Shown: positions 45,130-58,555 of the stretch, in pieces
Layout: each line of letters starts with the position of its first letter
Position numbering within the stretch: position 1 is the stretch's first letter
Assembly (NCBI RefSeq): GCF_030028105.1
Contig: NC_092379.1
Span: 20,499,309 to 20,563,308, forward strand
Direction of reading: 5' to 3'
Source of the DNA: Mobula birostris
Lineage: Eukaryota
DNA: 64,000 nucleotides
The notes under the pieces: model-generated
The model's database searches: none
What the model was told of the DNA's origin: nothing
Seen by the model: only the letters and a program-made list of their open reading frames with translations
Translations under genes and position numbers: made by a program

Positions 45130-48010
45130 ATAGTTTTACAGAAACATAGAAACATGCAGCACGATACAGGCCCTTCGGCCCACAAAGCTCTACTGAGCAT
45201 GTCCCTACCTAAGAACTACCTAGGCTTACCCATAGTCCTCTATTTTTATAAGCTCCATTTAGCCATCCAAGAGTCTCTTAAAAGACCCGATCATTTCCAC
45301 CTCCACCACTGCCGCCGGCAGCCCATTCCACACACTCATCACTCTCTGCGTAAAAAACTTACCCCTAACATCTCTCTATACCTGTTTCCAAGCACCTTAC
45401 AACTGTCCCCTCTCATGCTTGCCATTTCAGCCCTGGGGAAAAGCCTCTGACCATCCACACGATCAATGCCTCTCAGTATCTTGTACACCTCTATCAAGTC
45501 ACCTCTCATCCACCATCATTCCAAGGAGAAGAGGCCGAGTTCACTCAAGCTATTCTCAAAAGGCATGCACCCTAATCCAGACAACATACTTGTAAATCTC
45601 CTCTGCACCCTTTCTATGGTTTCCACGTCCTTCCTGTAGTGAGGCGACCAGAATTGAGCACAGTTCTCCAAGTGCAGTCTGACCAGGGTCGTATATAGCT
45701 GCAACATTACCTGTCGGCTCTTAAACTCAGTCCCACGATTGATAAAGGCCAATGCACTGTATGCCTTCTTATCCACAGAGTCAACCTGCATAAGCTTTGA
45801 GTGTCCTCTGGACTCGGACCCCAAGAGCCCTCTGATCCTCCACACTGCCAAGAGTCTTACAATTAATACTATATTCTGCCATGATATTTGACCTACCAAA
45901 ATGAACCACCTCACACTTATCTGGGTTGAACTCCATCTGCTACTTCTCTGCCCAGTTTTGCATCCTATCAATGTCCCGTTGTAAACTCTGACAGACCTCC
46001 ACACTAACCAGAACACCCCAAACTTTGTGTCATCAGCAAACTTCATAACCCATCCCTCCATTCCTCATCCAGGTCATTTTTAAAAATCACGGAGTAAGGG
46101 TCCCAGAACAGATCCCTGAAGCATACCACTGGTCACCGACCTCCATGCAGAATGTGACCTGTCTCTAACCACTCTTTGCCTTCTGTGGGCAAGCCAGTTC
46201 TGGATCCACAAAGCAATGCCCCCTTGGATCCCATGCCTCCTTACTTTCTCAATAAGCCTTGCATGAAGTACCTTATCAAATGCCTTGCTGAAATCCATAT
46301 ACACTACATCTACTGCTCTTCCTACATCAATGTGTTTAGTCACATCCTCAAAAAATTCAATTAGGCTTGTAAGGCACGACCTGCCCTTGACAAAGCCATG
46401 CTGACTATTCCTAATCATATTATACCTCTCCAAATGTTCATAGATCCTGCCTGTCAGGATCTTCTCCATCAACTTACCAACCACTGAAGTAAGACTCACT
46501 GGTCTATAATTTCCTGGGCTATCTCTACTCCCTTTCTTGAATAAGGGAACAACAACTGCCACCCTCCAGTCCTCCGGAACCTCTCTCGTCCTCATTGATG
46601 ATGCAAAGATCATTGCAGAGGCTCAGCAATCTCCTTCCTCGCCTCCCAAAGTAGTCTGGGGTACATCTCATCCGGTCCCAGCGACTTATCCAACTTGATG
46701 CTTCCCAAAAGCTCCAGCATATCCTCTTTCTTAATATCCACATTCTCAAGCTTTTCAGTCCACTGCAAGTCATCCCTACAATCACCAAGATCCTTTTCCG
46801 TAGTGAATACTGACTAGTGAACCCAAGCCTGTAGACCCCAGCCTCCATGTCTGAAGACCAAGACCCCAGCCTGCAGTCCCAAGCCTCTAGACCCCAGCCA
46901 CATCCTGCCTGTAGTCATGTCATGTTCTTGCCTGGTTCTGGAGCCCGAGCCCGAGGCAAGACCCAGGTTCTAGCTCCTTGTCCAGTCTCTAGATCGGGGC
47001 CCAAGCCCAAGTCTGCGTTCTTGTCCCTGCTCCTTGTCTGTACCCTGTCACATTCCTAATCTAGTCAAGTCCTGTTCCTTGCCTGTGTCTTGCATTTGGG
47101 TCCATTCCCAACGCCCCCATTGAGACAACCACTGAGAGACCTGACACCTGACCAGGTTCATTTCCCAATACCAGATCAAGTACAGCCTCTCCTCTTGTAG
47201 GCTTGTCTACATATTGTGTCAAGAAACCTTCCTGAACACACCTAACAAACTCCACCCCGTCTAAACCCCTCACTCGAGGGAGATGCCAATCAATATTTGG
47301 GAAATTATAATCTCCCGCCACAACAATCCTGTTATTGTTACTCCTTTCCAGAATCTGTCTCCCTATCTGTTCCTTGATGTCCCTGTTACTATTGGGTGGT
47401 CTATAAAAACACCCAGTTGAGTTATTGACCCCTTCCTATTACTAATTTCCACCCACAGAGACTCCGTAGACAAACCCTCCATGACTTCCTCCTTTTCTGC
47501 AGCCATGACTCTATCTCTGATCAGCAGTGCCACGCCCCCACCTCTTTTGCCACCCTCCCTATCCTTTCTGAAACATCTAAAGCCTGGCACTTGAAGTAGT
47601 CATTCCTGCTCTTGCATCATCCAAGTCTCTGTAATGGCCACAACATCTTAACTTCAACTGCTGATCCATGCTTTAAGCTCTTCCACTTTATTCATAATAC
47701 TCCTCACATTAAAATAGACACATCTCAAACCATCGGAGTGAGTGCATCCCTTCTCTATCACCAGCCTATTCTCTCTTTCTCACTGTCTCCAAACTTTCTC
47801 TTTTTGTGACCCAACCTCTCTTTCCCCCGTCACTTCAGTTCGGTTCCCACCCCCCAGCAATTCTAGTTTAAGTTCTCCCCAATAGCCTCAGCAAACCTTC
47901 CCACCAGAATATTGGTCCCCCTTGGATTCAAGTGTAACCCGTTCCGTTTGTACAGATCACACCTGCCCCAGAAGAGGTCCCAATGATCCAGAAATCTGAA
48001 TACCTGCCCA
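45130..48010 (-). mobile_element. CR1 LINE with (TTTCTATG) tail, internally deleted
   Basis: PEDWRVAVVVPLFKKGSRDSPGNYRPVSLTSVVGK; APE motifs at 47130-47600. Confidence 0.9.
46814..47127 (+). mobile_element. 3' half of an LTR related to the 11321 and 36543 solo LTRs
   Basis: Shared CAAGACCCAGGTTC and TGTCTTGC.TTTGGGTCC; ends TGAGACA. Confidence 0.65.
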
Positions 48011-49769
48011 TTGTCTATTCCTGGAGTACATTCCTTCAATATCTGTGCCTTCCTCCAATGTCTGTCCCTTGGACTTACTCTGCTCAAATAAATGCTGGTG
48101 TTCATCACTGAGACAGCTGTTGTATTCTCTTCTATTCTTGGTTTGCATTAAATAGTAACTGTTTATGTTTTCTGCTTCGACTGTGTTTACCCCAGTATCT
48201 GTTGTATTTTCCTGCATTGACATACTTTTTCAGAAAGCTCTGTGCTGCTGACATCACATTAAAACATGTACATGGTCGATCTCCAGTTCTGAGTCACCTG
48301 TACTTGTACCAACAGCTCCACACTCTCTGATGGGGGATGCTGCAGGATGCACAAAGTTTCCTTCAGCTAAACACCGAGCAGGCCAAAGCCTTTGGTCCCC
48401 ACAGTGAGTTCTGTTCCAGGGCACTGATGCTGTTGAGTCACTTTTCAGTGATGTGAGAACAGAAATTCAGGCTGACTTGGCTGTTCACTGTAGTACAGAG
48501 GGACAGAGCTGCTGCCTTTCAGCTGAGACATTGAAGGGAGATTGTGTGTGCAATGGAGAAGCTCCTGTACCCACATTTTTCTATGATATGGAGTGGGGAG
48601 AATTCGGATAATGTGTTGAAATATGGATTGAGACACTCATTATGAAACATTCCATCAACATCTTGCTCTGGGATGTATAACAAGGTTCTGAGAAACTCTT
48701 CCAATGAGCCTCTGTGTTTTCCTGAATATCTTTCTCAGGGTGCAGCACCCCAGTGTTCCCACTGTGAGAAATTCCTTATGAACATGAGCAGTACATGTGG
48801 GGCTACACTCATATATTACTGGCTGGAAATCTCTCCGATATTTGTCCCGGGATGCATTACCCACTCGTACGTGGAGGCAGATGGAGTCTCTGCAGTGATG
48901 AGGGAACTAAGATGGGCTGAATGGCTTCCCTCCGTTTTATCAACTCCAGTCACTTCATGTTCTCCTTTTCTTTGTTTTTAATGAATACAATTTCAAATCA
49001 TGACATGACATAAACTCCAGTGGAAAACTGGAAGAAAAGCTATAGGCAATGACTTCCACAACATTTGATTTACAGAATTTGACAGAACATCCTCCACCAC
49101 ACTCCCCCTCCCCATGTCAACTTCTTGCTCCATAACAATAATAACCACTTCCTCAACTCCCTCTTCTCCATCACTAAACACACCCCCATTCCCCTGCTCC
49201 CCATTCCCAAGCCTTAACCCTGCCTTTCTCTCCCCTCCTGTAAACCCCCTCCAGTGTCACATATCCTGCCATTTTCCCAATGTATCATCCACCGCTGTCC
49301 CTCCGCCCACCGAACCGGCTCTGTGCCCCCATTTCCCATCTGGCATCCCCGGTACATTTAGAGGTTTATTTCCTGAAATGAGCAGTTGCAGTGCAGTAGC
49401 CTCAGATTGCCGAGTGAATGAGATGGAGACTCCATTTCCAAACATCGCAGCCACACGGGGATCTCTTGACTGAATGTGGGGCGTGTGTCTGCTGGTCACT
49501 GCTGAACCTGAAATATAGACAGGAGAGTATGATATTGTGTGACAAGGTGCAGCACAGACATTAACCTGTGAGGACCACATTGATGATGTACAGGTCATTG
49601 CAGAGGCTCAGCAATCTCCTCTCTCGCCTCCCACAGTAGTCTGGGGTACATCTCATCCGGTCCCGGCGACTTATCCAACTTGATGCTTTCCAAAAGCTCC
49701 AGCACATCCTCTTTCTTAATATCTACATTCTCAAGCTTTTCAGTCCACTGCAAGTCATCCCTACAATCA

Positions 49770-50971
49770 TCTGCTCTCAGGATGAGGCTTTTCATTCTAG
49801 GACAAGGGAGATGTCCTCCTTTTTTAAAGAAAGGGGCTTCCCTTCCTCCACTATCAACTCTGCTCTTAAACGCATCTCCCCCATTTCACGTACATCTGCT
49901 CTCACTCCATCCTCCTGCCACCCCACTAGGAATAGGGTTCCCCTGGTCCTCACCTACCACCCCACCAGCCTCCAGGTCCAACATATTATTCTCCGTAACT
50001 TCCGCCACCTCTAATGGGATCCCACCACTAAGCACGTCTTTCTCTCCCCACCCTCTGTGCTTTCCGCAGGGATCACGCCCTATGCGACTCCCTTGTCCAT
50101 TCGTCCCCCCCATCCCTCCCCACTGATCTCCCTCCTGGCACTTATCCGTGTAAGCGGAACAAGTGTTACACATGCCCTTACACTTCCTCCCTTACCACCA
50201 TTCAGGGCCCCAAACAGTCCTTCCAGGTGAGGCGACACTTCACCTGTGAGTCGGCTGGGGTGATATACTGCGTCCGGTGCCCCCAATGTGGCCTTTTATG
50301 CATTGGCGAGACCCGACGCAGACTGGGAGACCGCTTTGCTGAACACCTACGCTCTGTCCGCCAGAGAAAGCAGGATCTCCCAGTGGCCACACATTTTAAT
50401 TCCACATCCCATTCCCATTCTGACATGTCTATCCACGGCCTCTTCTACTGTAAAGATGAAGCCACACTCAGGTTGGAGGAACAACACCTTATATTCCGTC
50501 TTGGTAGCCTCCAACCTGATGGCATGAACATCGACTTCTCTAACTTCCGCTAATGCCCCACCTCCCCCTCGTACCCCATCTGTTACTTATTTTTATACAC
50601 ACATTCTTTCTCTCACTCTCCTTTTTCTCCCTCTGTCCCTCTGAATATACCCCTTGCCTATGCTCTGGGTTCCCCCCCTCTCATTGTCCCTGTCCCATGA
50701 TCCTCTTGTATCCCTTTTGCCAATCACCTATGCAGCTCTTGGCTCCATCCCTCCCCCTCCTGTCTTCTCCTATCATTTTGGATCTCCCCCTCCCCCTCCA
50801 ACTTTCAAATCTCTTACTCACTCTTTCTTCAGTTAGTCCTGACGAAGGGTCTCGGCCTGAAACTTTGACTGCACCTCTTCCTAGAGATGCTGCCTGGCCT
50901 GCTGCGTTCACCAGCGACTTTGGTGTGTGTTGCTTGAATTTCCAGCATCGTCAGAATTCCTGTTGTTTGCG
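49770..50971 (+). mobile_element. 5'-truncated Penelope-like element encoding a GIY-YIG endonuclease remnant
   Basis: VIYCVRCPQCGLLCIGETRRRLGDRFAEH; TSD CCTA(C/T)AATCA at 49760 and 50972; degenerate hammerhead at ~50834-50870. Confidence 0.92.
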
Positions 50972-51520
50972 CCTATAATCACCAAGATCCTTTTCCGTAG
51001 TGAATACTGAAGCTAAGTATTCATTAAGTACATGTGCTATTTCCTCCGGTTCCACACACACTTTCCCACTGTCACACTTGATAGGTCCTATTCATTCACG
51101 TCTTATCCTCTTGCTCTTCACATACTTGTAGAATGCCTTGGGATTTTCCTTAATCCTGCCCGCCAAGGCCTTCTCATAGCCCCTTCTGGCTCTCCTAATT
51201 TCCTTCTTAAGCTCTTTCCTGTTAGCCTTATAATCTTCTAGATCTCTAACATTACCTAGCTCTCTGAACCTTTCATAAGCTTTTCTTTTCTTCTTGACTA
51301 GATTTACTGCAGCCTTTGTACACCACGGTTCCTGTACCCTACCATAACTTCCCTGTCCCATTGGAATGTACCTATGCAGAACTCTACACAAATATCCCCT
51401 GAACATTTGCCACATTTCTTCCATACCTTTCCCGAGAACATCTGTTCCCAATTTAAGCTTCCAAGTTCCTGCCTGATAACCTCCTAATTCTCCTTACTCC
51501 AATTAAACACTTTTCTAACT

Positions 51521-51620
51521 TGCAACACACATAAAAGTTGCTGGTGAACGCAGCAGGCCAGGCATCATCTTCTCGGAAGAGGTGCAGTCGACGTTTCAGG
51601 CTGAGACCCGTCGTCAGGAC
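51521..51620 (-). mobile_element. 100-bp hammerhead-headed PLE-derived insertion
   Basis: GTCCTGACGACGGGTCTCAGCCTGAAACGTCGACT.. on the minus strand; TSD TTTTCTAACT at 51511 and 51621. Confidence 0.9.
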
Positions 51621-52668
51621 TTTTCTAACTTTTTCCTTTTTCTCGCCAATACTATTGTAAATGAGATAGAATAATGATCACTATCTCCAAAATGCTCTCC
51701 CACTGAGAGATCTGACACCTGACCAGGTTCATTTCCCAATACCAAATCAAGTAGTCTCTCCCCTTGTAGGCTCATCTACATATTGTGTCTAGAAACCCTT
51801 CTGAACACACCTAACAAACTACACCCCATTTAAACCCTTTGCTCTGGGGAGATGCCAATCGATATTTGGGAAATTAAAATCAACCACCACGACAACTATG
51901 TTATGATTACACCTTTCCACGATCTGTTTCCCTACCTGCTCCTCGATATCCCTGTTATTATTGGGTGACCGAAAAAAACACCCAGTAGAGTTATTGACCC
52001 CTTCCTGTTCCTAACTTCCACCCACAGAGACTCCGTAGACAATCCCTCCATGACATCCACCTTTTTTGCAACCGTGACACTATCTCTGATCAACAGTGCC
52101 ACGCCCTCACCTCTTTTGCCTCCCTCCCTGTCCTTTCTGAAACATCCAAAACCCGGCACTTGAAGTAACCATTCCTGTCCCTGAACCATCCAAGTCTCTG
52201 TAATGGCCAACATATCATAGCTCGAAGTACTGATCCACGCTCTAAGCTCATCCGCTTTGTTCACAATACTCCTTTCATTAAAATAGACACATCTCAAACT
52301 GTCGGTCTGAGCGTGTCCCTTCTCTATCACCTGCCTAACCTCCCTCACACACTGTCTCCAAGCTTTCTCTATTTGTGAGCCAATCGCCTCTTCCCCAGTC
52401 TCTTCAGTTCGGTTCCCACCCCCGAAAAATTCTAGTTTAAACTCTCCCCAGTAGCCTTAGCAAACCTCCCCGCCAGGGTATTAGTCCCCTGGGATTCAAG
52501 TGCAACCCGTCATTTTTGTACAGGTCACACCTGCCCCAAAAGAGGTCCCAATGATCCGGAAATCTGAATTCCTGCCCCCGCTCCAATCCCTCAGCCACGC
52601 ATTTTTCCTCCACCTCATTCTATCCCTATACTCACTGTCACATGGCACAGGCAGTAATCCTGAGATTA

Positions 52669-53431
52669 CATAGAACATAGAATAGTACAGCACATTACAG
52701 GCCCTTCGGCCCACAATGTTGTGCCGACCCTCAAACCCTGCCTCCCATATAATCCCCTACCTTACATTCCTCCATATACCTGTCCAGTAGTCTCTTAAAC
52801 TTCACGAGTGTACCTGCCTCCACCACTGACTCAGGCAGTGCATTCCACACACCAACCACTCTGTGAGTAAAAACCCTTCCTCTAATATCCCCCTTGAACT
52901 TCCCACCCCTTACCTTAAAGCCATGTCCTCTTGTAATCAGCAGTGGTGCCCTGGGGAAGGGGTGCTGGCTATCCACTCTATCTATTCCTCTTAATATCTT
53001 GTACACCTCTATCATGTCTCCTCTCATCCTCCTTCTCTCCAAAGAGTAAAGCCCTAGCTCCCTTAAACTCTAATCATAATCCGTACTTTCTAAACCAGGG
53101 AGCATCCTGGTAAATCTCCTCTGTACCCTTTCCAATGCTTCCACATCCTTCCTATAGTGAGGTGACCAGAACTGGACACAGTACTCCATGTGTGGCCTAA
53201 CCAGAGTTTTATAGAGCTGCATCATTACATCGCGACTCTTAAACTCTATCCCTTGACTTATGAAAGCGAACACCCCATAAGCTTTCTTTATTACCCTGTC
53301 TACCTGTGAGGCAACTTTCAGGGATCTGTGGCCATGTGCCCCCAGATCCCTCTGCTCCTCCACACTACCAAGTATCCTGCCATTTACTTTGTACTCTGCC
53401 TTGGAGTTTGGCCTTCCAAAGTGTACCCCCT
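52669..53431 (-). mobile_element. Young 5'-truncated CR1 nested in the ORF1 of another CR1
   Basis: Highly similar to 29465-30230; (TTCTATG)n tail; host ORF1 resumes at ISGLLPVP. Confidence 0.9.
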
Positions 53432-54671
53432 CTAACTTTACGGTCCTGCTTCTCAACTTCCTTCCTAACTCCCTGTAATTTGTTTTCAGGACAATATGTA
53501 CCACGACCTCTGGCTGTTCTCCCTCCCACTGCAGGATATCGTGGACGCGATCTGAAACATCCCGGACCTTGGCACCTAGGAGGCAAACTACCATCCGAGT
53601 TTCTTTCCTGCGTCCACAGAATCGCCTGTCTGAACCCCTAACTATAGAGTCCCCTATCACTACTGCCTTTCTCTTCCTTTCCCTACCCTTCTGATCCACA
53701 GGGCCAGACTCTGTGCCCGAGGCATGGCTGCTTCCCCCAGGTAGGCTGTCCCCCCCACCCCCAACAGTAATCAAACAGGAGTACTTATTGTTCAGGGGGA
53801 CAGCCACAGGGGTACTCTCGAGTACCTGGCTCTTCCCCTTCCCTCTCCTGACTGTGACCCACTTGCCTGGCTCCTGTGGCCTTGGTGTGATCACCGGCCT
53901 ATAACTATTTTCTATCACCTCCTTGCTCTCCCTGACCAGACGAAGGTCATCAAGCTGCAACTCCAGTTCCCTAACGCGGTCCCTTAGGAGCTGCAGCTCG
54001 ACACACCGGGTGCAGATATGGCCGTCCGGGAGGCTGGCAGACTCCAGGACCTCCCACATCTGACACCGAGCACAGAACACCGGCTTCACACACATACCTC
54101 CTTTCTACAATTAGCACAGGTAAACCTACCTCACCTCATCCCATTACTGCCTAAACCCGTTGAGCTTAAGCCCTCTCACTCCGCTGCCCGCTGGATATGG
54201 CAGTCTTTAAACATTTCCTGCTCTACCGGCAGACATCACGCGCCTGCGCAGTCTTGCCTCTCTTTACCCTGAGTAGTAAAACGCCTTCGCTCCAGAAATC
54301 CTCAGCCGTTCCACTCGCAGCCTTCTTGCTTAGAAAGTAGTCTACACTTTATCATATCTGCCACTTCTTTGCCCATTTTTAAAATCTGTCTAAGTATTTC
54401 TGTAGCCTCTCTGCTTTCTCAACTCTATCTGCCTTTCCACCTCTCTCAGTATCATCCACAAACTTGGCCATAAAAGCCATCAATTTTGTAATCCAATTCA
54501 CTGACATTTTACATGAAAAGATGCAGTCCCAACACAGACCCTTGTGGAACATCACGAGTCACCAGCAGCTAACCAGAAAAGGCTCCCTTTATTCCTACTT
54601 TTTGCCTCCTACCAATCAGAGAATGTTCTATCCAGGTTCGTATCTCTCCTGTAGAACCATGGGTCATTTGG

Positions 54672-54812
54672 CAACACACACACTATGCTGGAAGAGTTCA
54701 GCAGGCCTGGTAGCACCTACAATAAAGAGTAAACCATCAAAGTTTCAGACTGATGAAGGGTCTTGGTCTGAATCATTGTTTGTTAACTCTTTTCCATAGA
54801 TGTTGCCTGGCA
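54672..54812. mobile_element. Degenerate palindromic (fold-back) PLE-tail element
   Basis: Left arm GCCTGGTAGCACCTACAATAAAGAGTAAAC mirrors right arm GTTAACTCTTTTCCATAGATGTTGCCTGGC around a central CTGATGAAGGG. Confidence 0.6.
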
Positions 54813-55259
54813 TGATCCTGCTTTTAGAATATTTCTTCTTTGGGATCCATCTGTATTGTGCCTTTCAAATTGCTCCCAGATTCTCCAGCCATTTCTGCTG
54901 TGCCGTCATCCCTTCTAGTGTCCCCTTCCAATCAATTTTGGCCCACTCCTCCCTCATACCTCTGTAATTCCCTTCAGTCCACTGTAATACTGACTTTAGA
55001 TTCTCCTTTTCAAATTAATTGCAGGGTGAATTACATCATATTATGATCACTGGCTCCCAAGTGTTCCCTTACCTAAAACTGCCCACTCTATTCTGGTTCA
55101 TTGCACAACGCCCAATCCAGAGTAATTGCCAAGTGGGCTCATTCACCCCTAATCTAAAAAAAAACTCGTAGGAATTCGACAAATTCTTTCCCTTGGGATG
55201 CGGCACCAAAATAACTTACTACAGCTTGGGCCATTTTGGCTGCACTGGTGAGCCGAACC

Positions 55260-58200
55260 AGCTACAAAGTAAATCAAAAACACCCAAGCACCAATCCCTA
55301 CCACCTACACCATGTCCATATCCCCCCTTCTTCCCTATATCCACTTGCCTCTCCAAACATCTCTAATGTACTTGCGTCTACCACCACACTAGGCAGCGCA
55401 TTCCAGACATCCTCCACTCTCTGCATATAAAACTCACCCCTCATATCCCCTTCGACCTACACCCCTTTACCTAAGATTCATTCCCTCCGGTATTACATGT
55501 TTCAACCCAGGGAAAGAGATACTCTCTGTCCACACAACACACACAAAATGCTGGTGCAACGCAGCAGGCCAGGCAGCATCTAAAGGAAGAAGTACAGTCA
55601 ACGTTTCAGGTCGAGACTCTTCATCAGGACAGGAGGGGGAGGGATGAAGTCAAGAGCTGGGAAGTTGATTGGAAAAAGGGATACAAGGCTGGGGAAGGGG
55701 GAGTATCATGGGACAGAAGGCCTTGGAAGAAAGAAGAGGGGAGGGGAGCACCAGAGCAAGATGGAGAACAGGCAAGGAGTTGTTGTGAGAGGGAAAGAGA
55801 GAAAAAAATTATAATAATGATAATAAATAATAAGAGATGGAGTAAGAAGGGGAGGAGGGGTATTAACAGAAGTTAGAGAAATCAATGTTCATGCCATCAG
55901 GTTGGAGGCTACCCAGACGGAATATAATGTGTTGTTCCTCCAACCTAAGTGTGGCTTCATCTCGAGAGTAGAAGAGGCCATAGATTGACATATCGGAATG
56001 GGAATGGGACGTAGGATTAAAATGTGTGGCCACAGGGAGATCCTGCTTCCTCTGGCGGACAGCGTGTAGGTGTTCAGTGAAGCAGTCTCCCAATCTGCGT
56101 CGGGTCTCACCAATATATAGAAGGCCACACTGGGAGCACCGAATACAGTATATCACACCAGCAGACTCACAGGTGAAGAGTCATCTCACCTGGAAGGACT
56201 GTCTGGGGCCCTGAATGGTGGTGAGGGAGGAAGTGTAAGGGCAGGTGTAGAACTTGTTCCGCTTACCAAGGTAAGTGCCAGGAGGGAGATCAGTGGGAAG
56301 GGATAGGGGGGATGAATGGACAAAGGAGTCGTGTAGGGAGCGATCCCTGTGGAAAGCAGAAAGTGGGGGGGGTAGGGAAAAATGTGCTTGATGCTGGGGT
56401 CTCATTGTAGGTGGCGGAAGTTATGGAGAATTATATGTTGGACACGGAGGCTGGTGGGGTGGTAGATGAGGACAAGAGGAACCCTATCCCTAGTGGGGTG
56501 GTGGGAGGATGGGGTGAGAGCAGGTGTGCGTGAAATGAGAGAGATGCATTTGAGGGTTGAGTCGATGGTGGAGAAAGGGAAGCCCCTTTCTTTAAAAAAG
56601 GAAGACACCTCCTTCGTCCTGGAATGGAAAGCCTCATTCTGAGAGCAGATGCGGTGGAGACGGAGAAATTGAGAGAAGGGGATGACACTTTTACAAGTAA
56701 CAGTGTGGGAACAGGAATACTCCAGGTAGCTTTGAGAGACGTGGGCTTATAGTAGACATCAGTAGACCCAAACTCTCTGTCCACTTTATCGTTGTCTCTC
56801 ATAATCTTGCAAACCTCTATCAGATTCTGCCACCCCTCAGCCTCCAATGCTCCAGAGAAAACAACCCAAGTTTATGTGGCCTCTCCTGCTTGCATGTTCC
56901 CTCGAAACCAGGCAGCATCCTGGCAAACTTCTTCTACACCCTCTCCAAAGCCTCAACTTCCTTCCAACGGTGGGGCAACCAGAACTGTATGCAGTACTTC
57001 AGTGTGGTCTAACCTGACTTTTATAAAAGTTGCAACATAACCTCCTGACTTTCGAACTCAATGCCTCGAATATTAAAAGCAAGCATTCCTTAAACCTTGT
57101 TAACTATCTTATTGACCTGTGTAGCCACTTTCAAGGAGTATGAACTTGGAACGCAAGATTTCTCTGCTCAACAACACTGTAAAAGACCTTGCTGTTAAAG
57201 GTGTACTGTCTCTTTTCATTTGCCCTCCCGGGGTGCAACACCTCACATTTATCTGGATTAGACTCCATTCTGCCATTTCTCAGTCCACATCTGCAGCTGA
57301 TCAATGTTGTGCTGTATTCTTTGCCAGTCTTCTACACTGCCAGCAACTGCACCATTCTTGGTATCATTCACAAATTTACAAACCCACCTGTCCACATTTT
57401 CATCCAGATCATTTATATACATTACAGACAGCAGAAGTACCAGCACAGATACCTACGGAACTCCACTAATTACAGACCTCCAGCTTGAACAAGTCCCCTA
57501 AACCATTACCCTCTGTCTTCTATTCACAAGCCAGTTCTGAATCCAACAGCAAATTTGCTACGGATCCCATGTATGTTAATCTTCTGGATTAGCCTCCCAC
57601 GGGGGACTTTGTCAAATGCCCTCCTAAAATCCATGTAGACAACAACCACTGCCCCACCCTCATCAATCTGTCTTGTCACCTTGTCAAAAAACTCTATCAA
57701 GTTGGTAAGGCACAACCTACCACGCTTAAAGCCATGCTGTCTCACCCCAATTAGGCCATGGGTTTCCAAATGCTCAGATATCCTATCCTTATGATTTTTA
57801 TTGGGCAATTTCCCTTCAGTTGAAGTGAGATTTACTGGTCCATAGTTCCCACAATTTTCCCTTTTTCCCTTCTTAAATCGAGGTACAATATTAGCCACTC
57901 GCCAGTCTTCAGGGACCTCACCTGTGGCGAGAGAGGACACAAAGATGCTGGTCAAGGGCCCAGCAAGCTCACCTCTTGCATCCTTCAATAACCTGGAGTA
58001 AATTACATCTGGCCCTGAGGACTTATCCATCTTAATCCTGATGAGGAGGTCCAACACTTCTTTCTCCTTGACCTCTAAATGCCTGAATGTATTTATATAC
58101 TCAGCACTGATCTCCTGGTCCTCCATATCCTTTTCCTTGGTAAGTACTGAACCAAAGTACTCACTTGGCACCTCACTCACATTCTCTGCATTCAAGCAAA

Positions 58201-58555
58201 TGTCCCCTCTCCCCATTCTTGAGTGGTCCCACCCTCTTCTAAGTTATCATCTTCCTCTCGGTGTCTGTATAAAATGCCTTGAGATTCACCTTAATCCCAC
58301 TTGCCAAGGACTTTTCATGGCCCTTGCTGGCTTTCCTCATTCCCTTTACTTCCTTTCTCGTTTCTTTACACTCCTTATGTGCTTCCTTTGATCCAAACAT
58401 CTGAAACTTTACATACTTCTTTTCCTTCTTGACTGAATTCATCACCTCTCTGGATATCCAAGGTTCTCTTATATTTCCATCCCCATCCTTCCTTCTAACA
58501 GGTACATACCTTTCCTGTACTGTGTGCAATTGCTCTTTAAACACCTTCCATTCTT
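55260..58555 (-). mobile_element. CR1 LINE interrupted by a PLE
   Basis: PEDWRVANIVPRFKKG, VYMDFRRAFDKVP, KFVNDTK. Confidence 0.88.
55534..56771 (-). mobile_element. Penelope-like element with GIY-YIG remnant
   Basis: IYCIRCSQCGLLYIGETRRRL; 13-bp TSD ACTCTCTGTCCAC at 55521 and 56772. Confidence 0.92.

Larger units (their letters stand above)
49595..54330 (-). mobile_element. 5'-complete CR1: CpG-rich 5' UTR, ORF1 (zinc finger/coiled coil + SGNH esterase) and partial ORF2, with three nested insertions
   Basis: FCARCQMWE..ICTRCVELQLLRDRVRELELQL, IGDSIVRG and ISGLLPVP; ORF2 start CVYFNERSIVNK. Confidence 0.9.

Noticed and set aside
48740-48790. C2H2 zinc finger (QCSHCEKF)
   Set aside because: No His pair at the required spacing and no linker or neighbouring fingers
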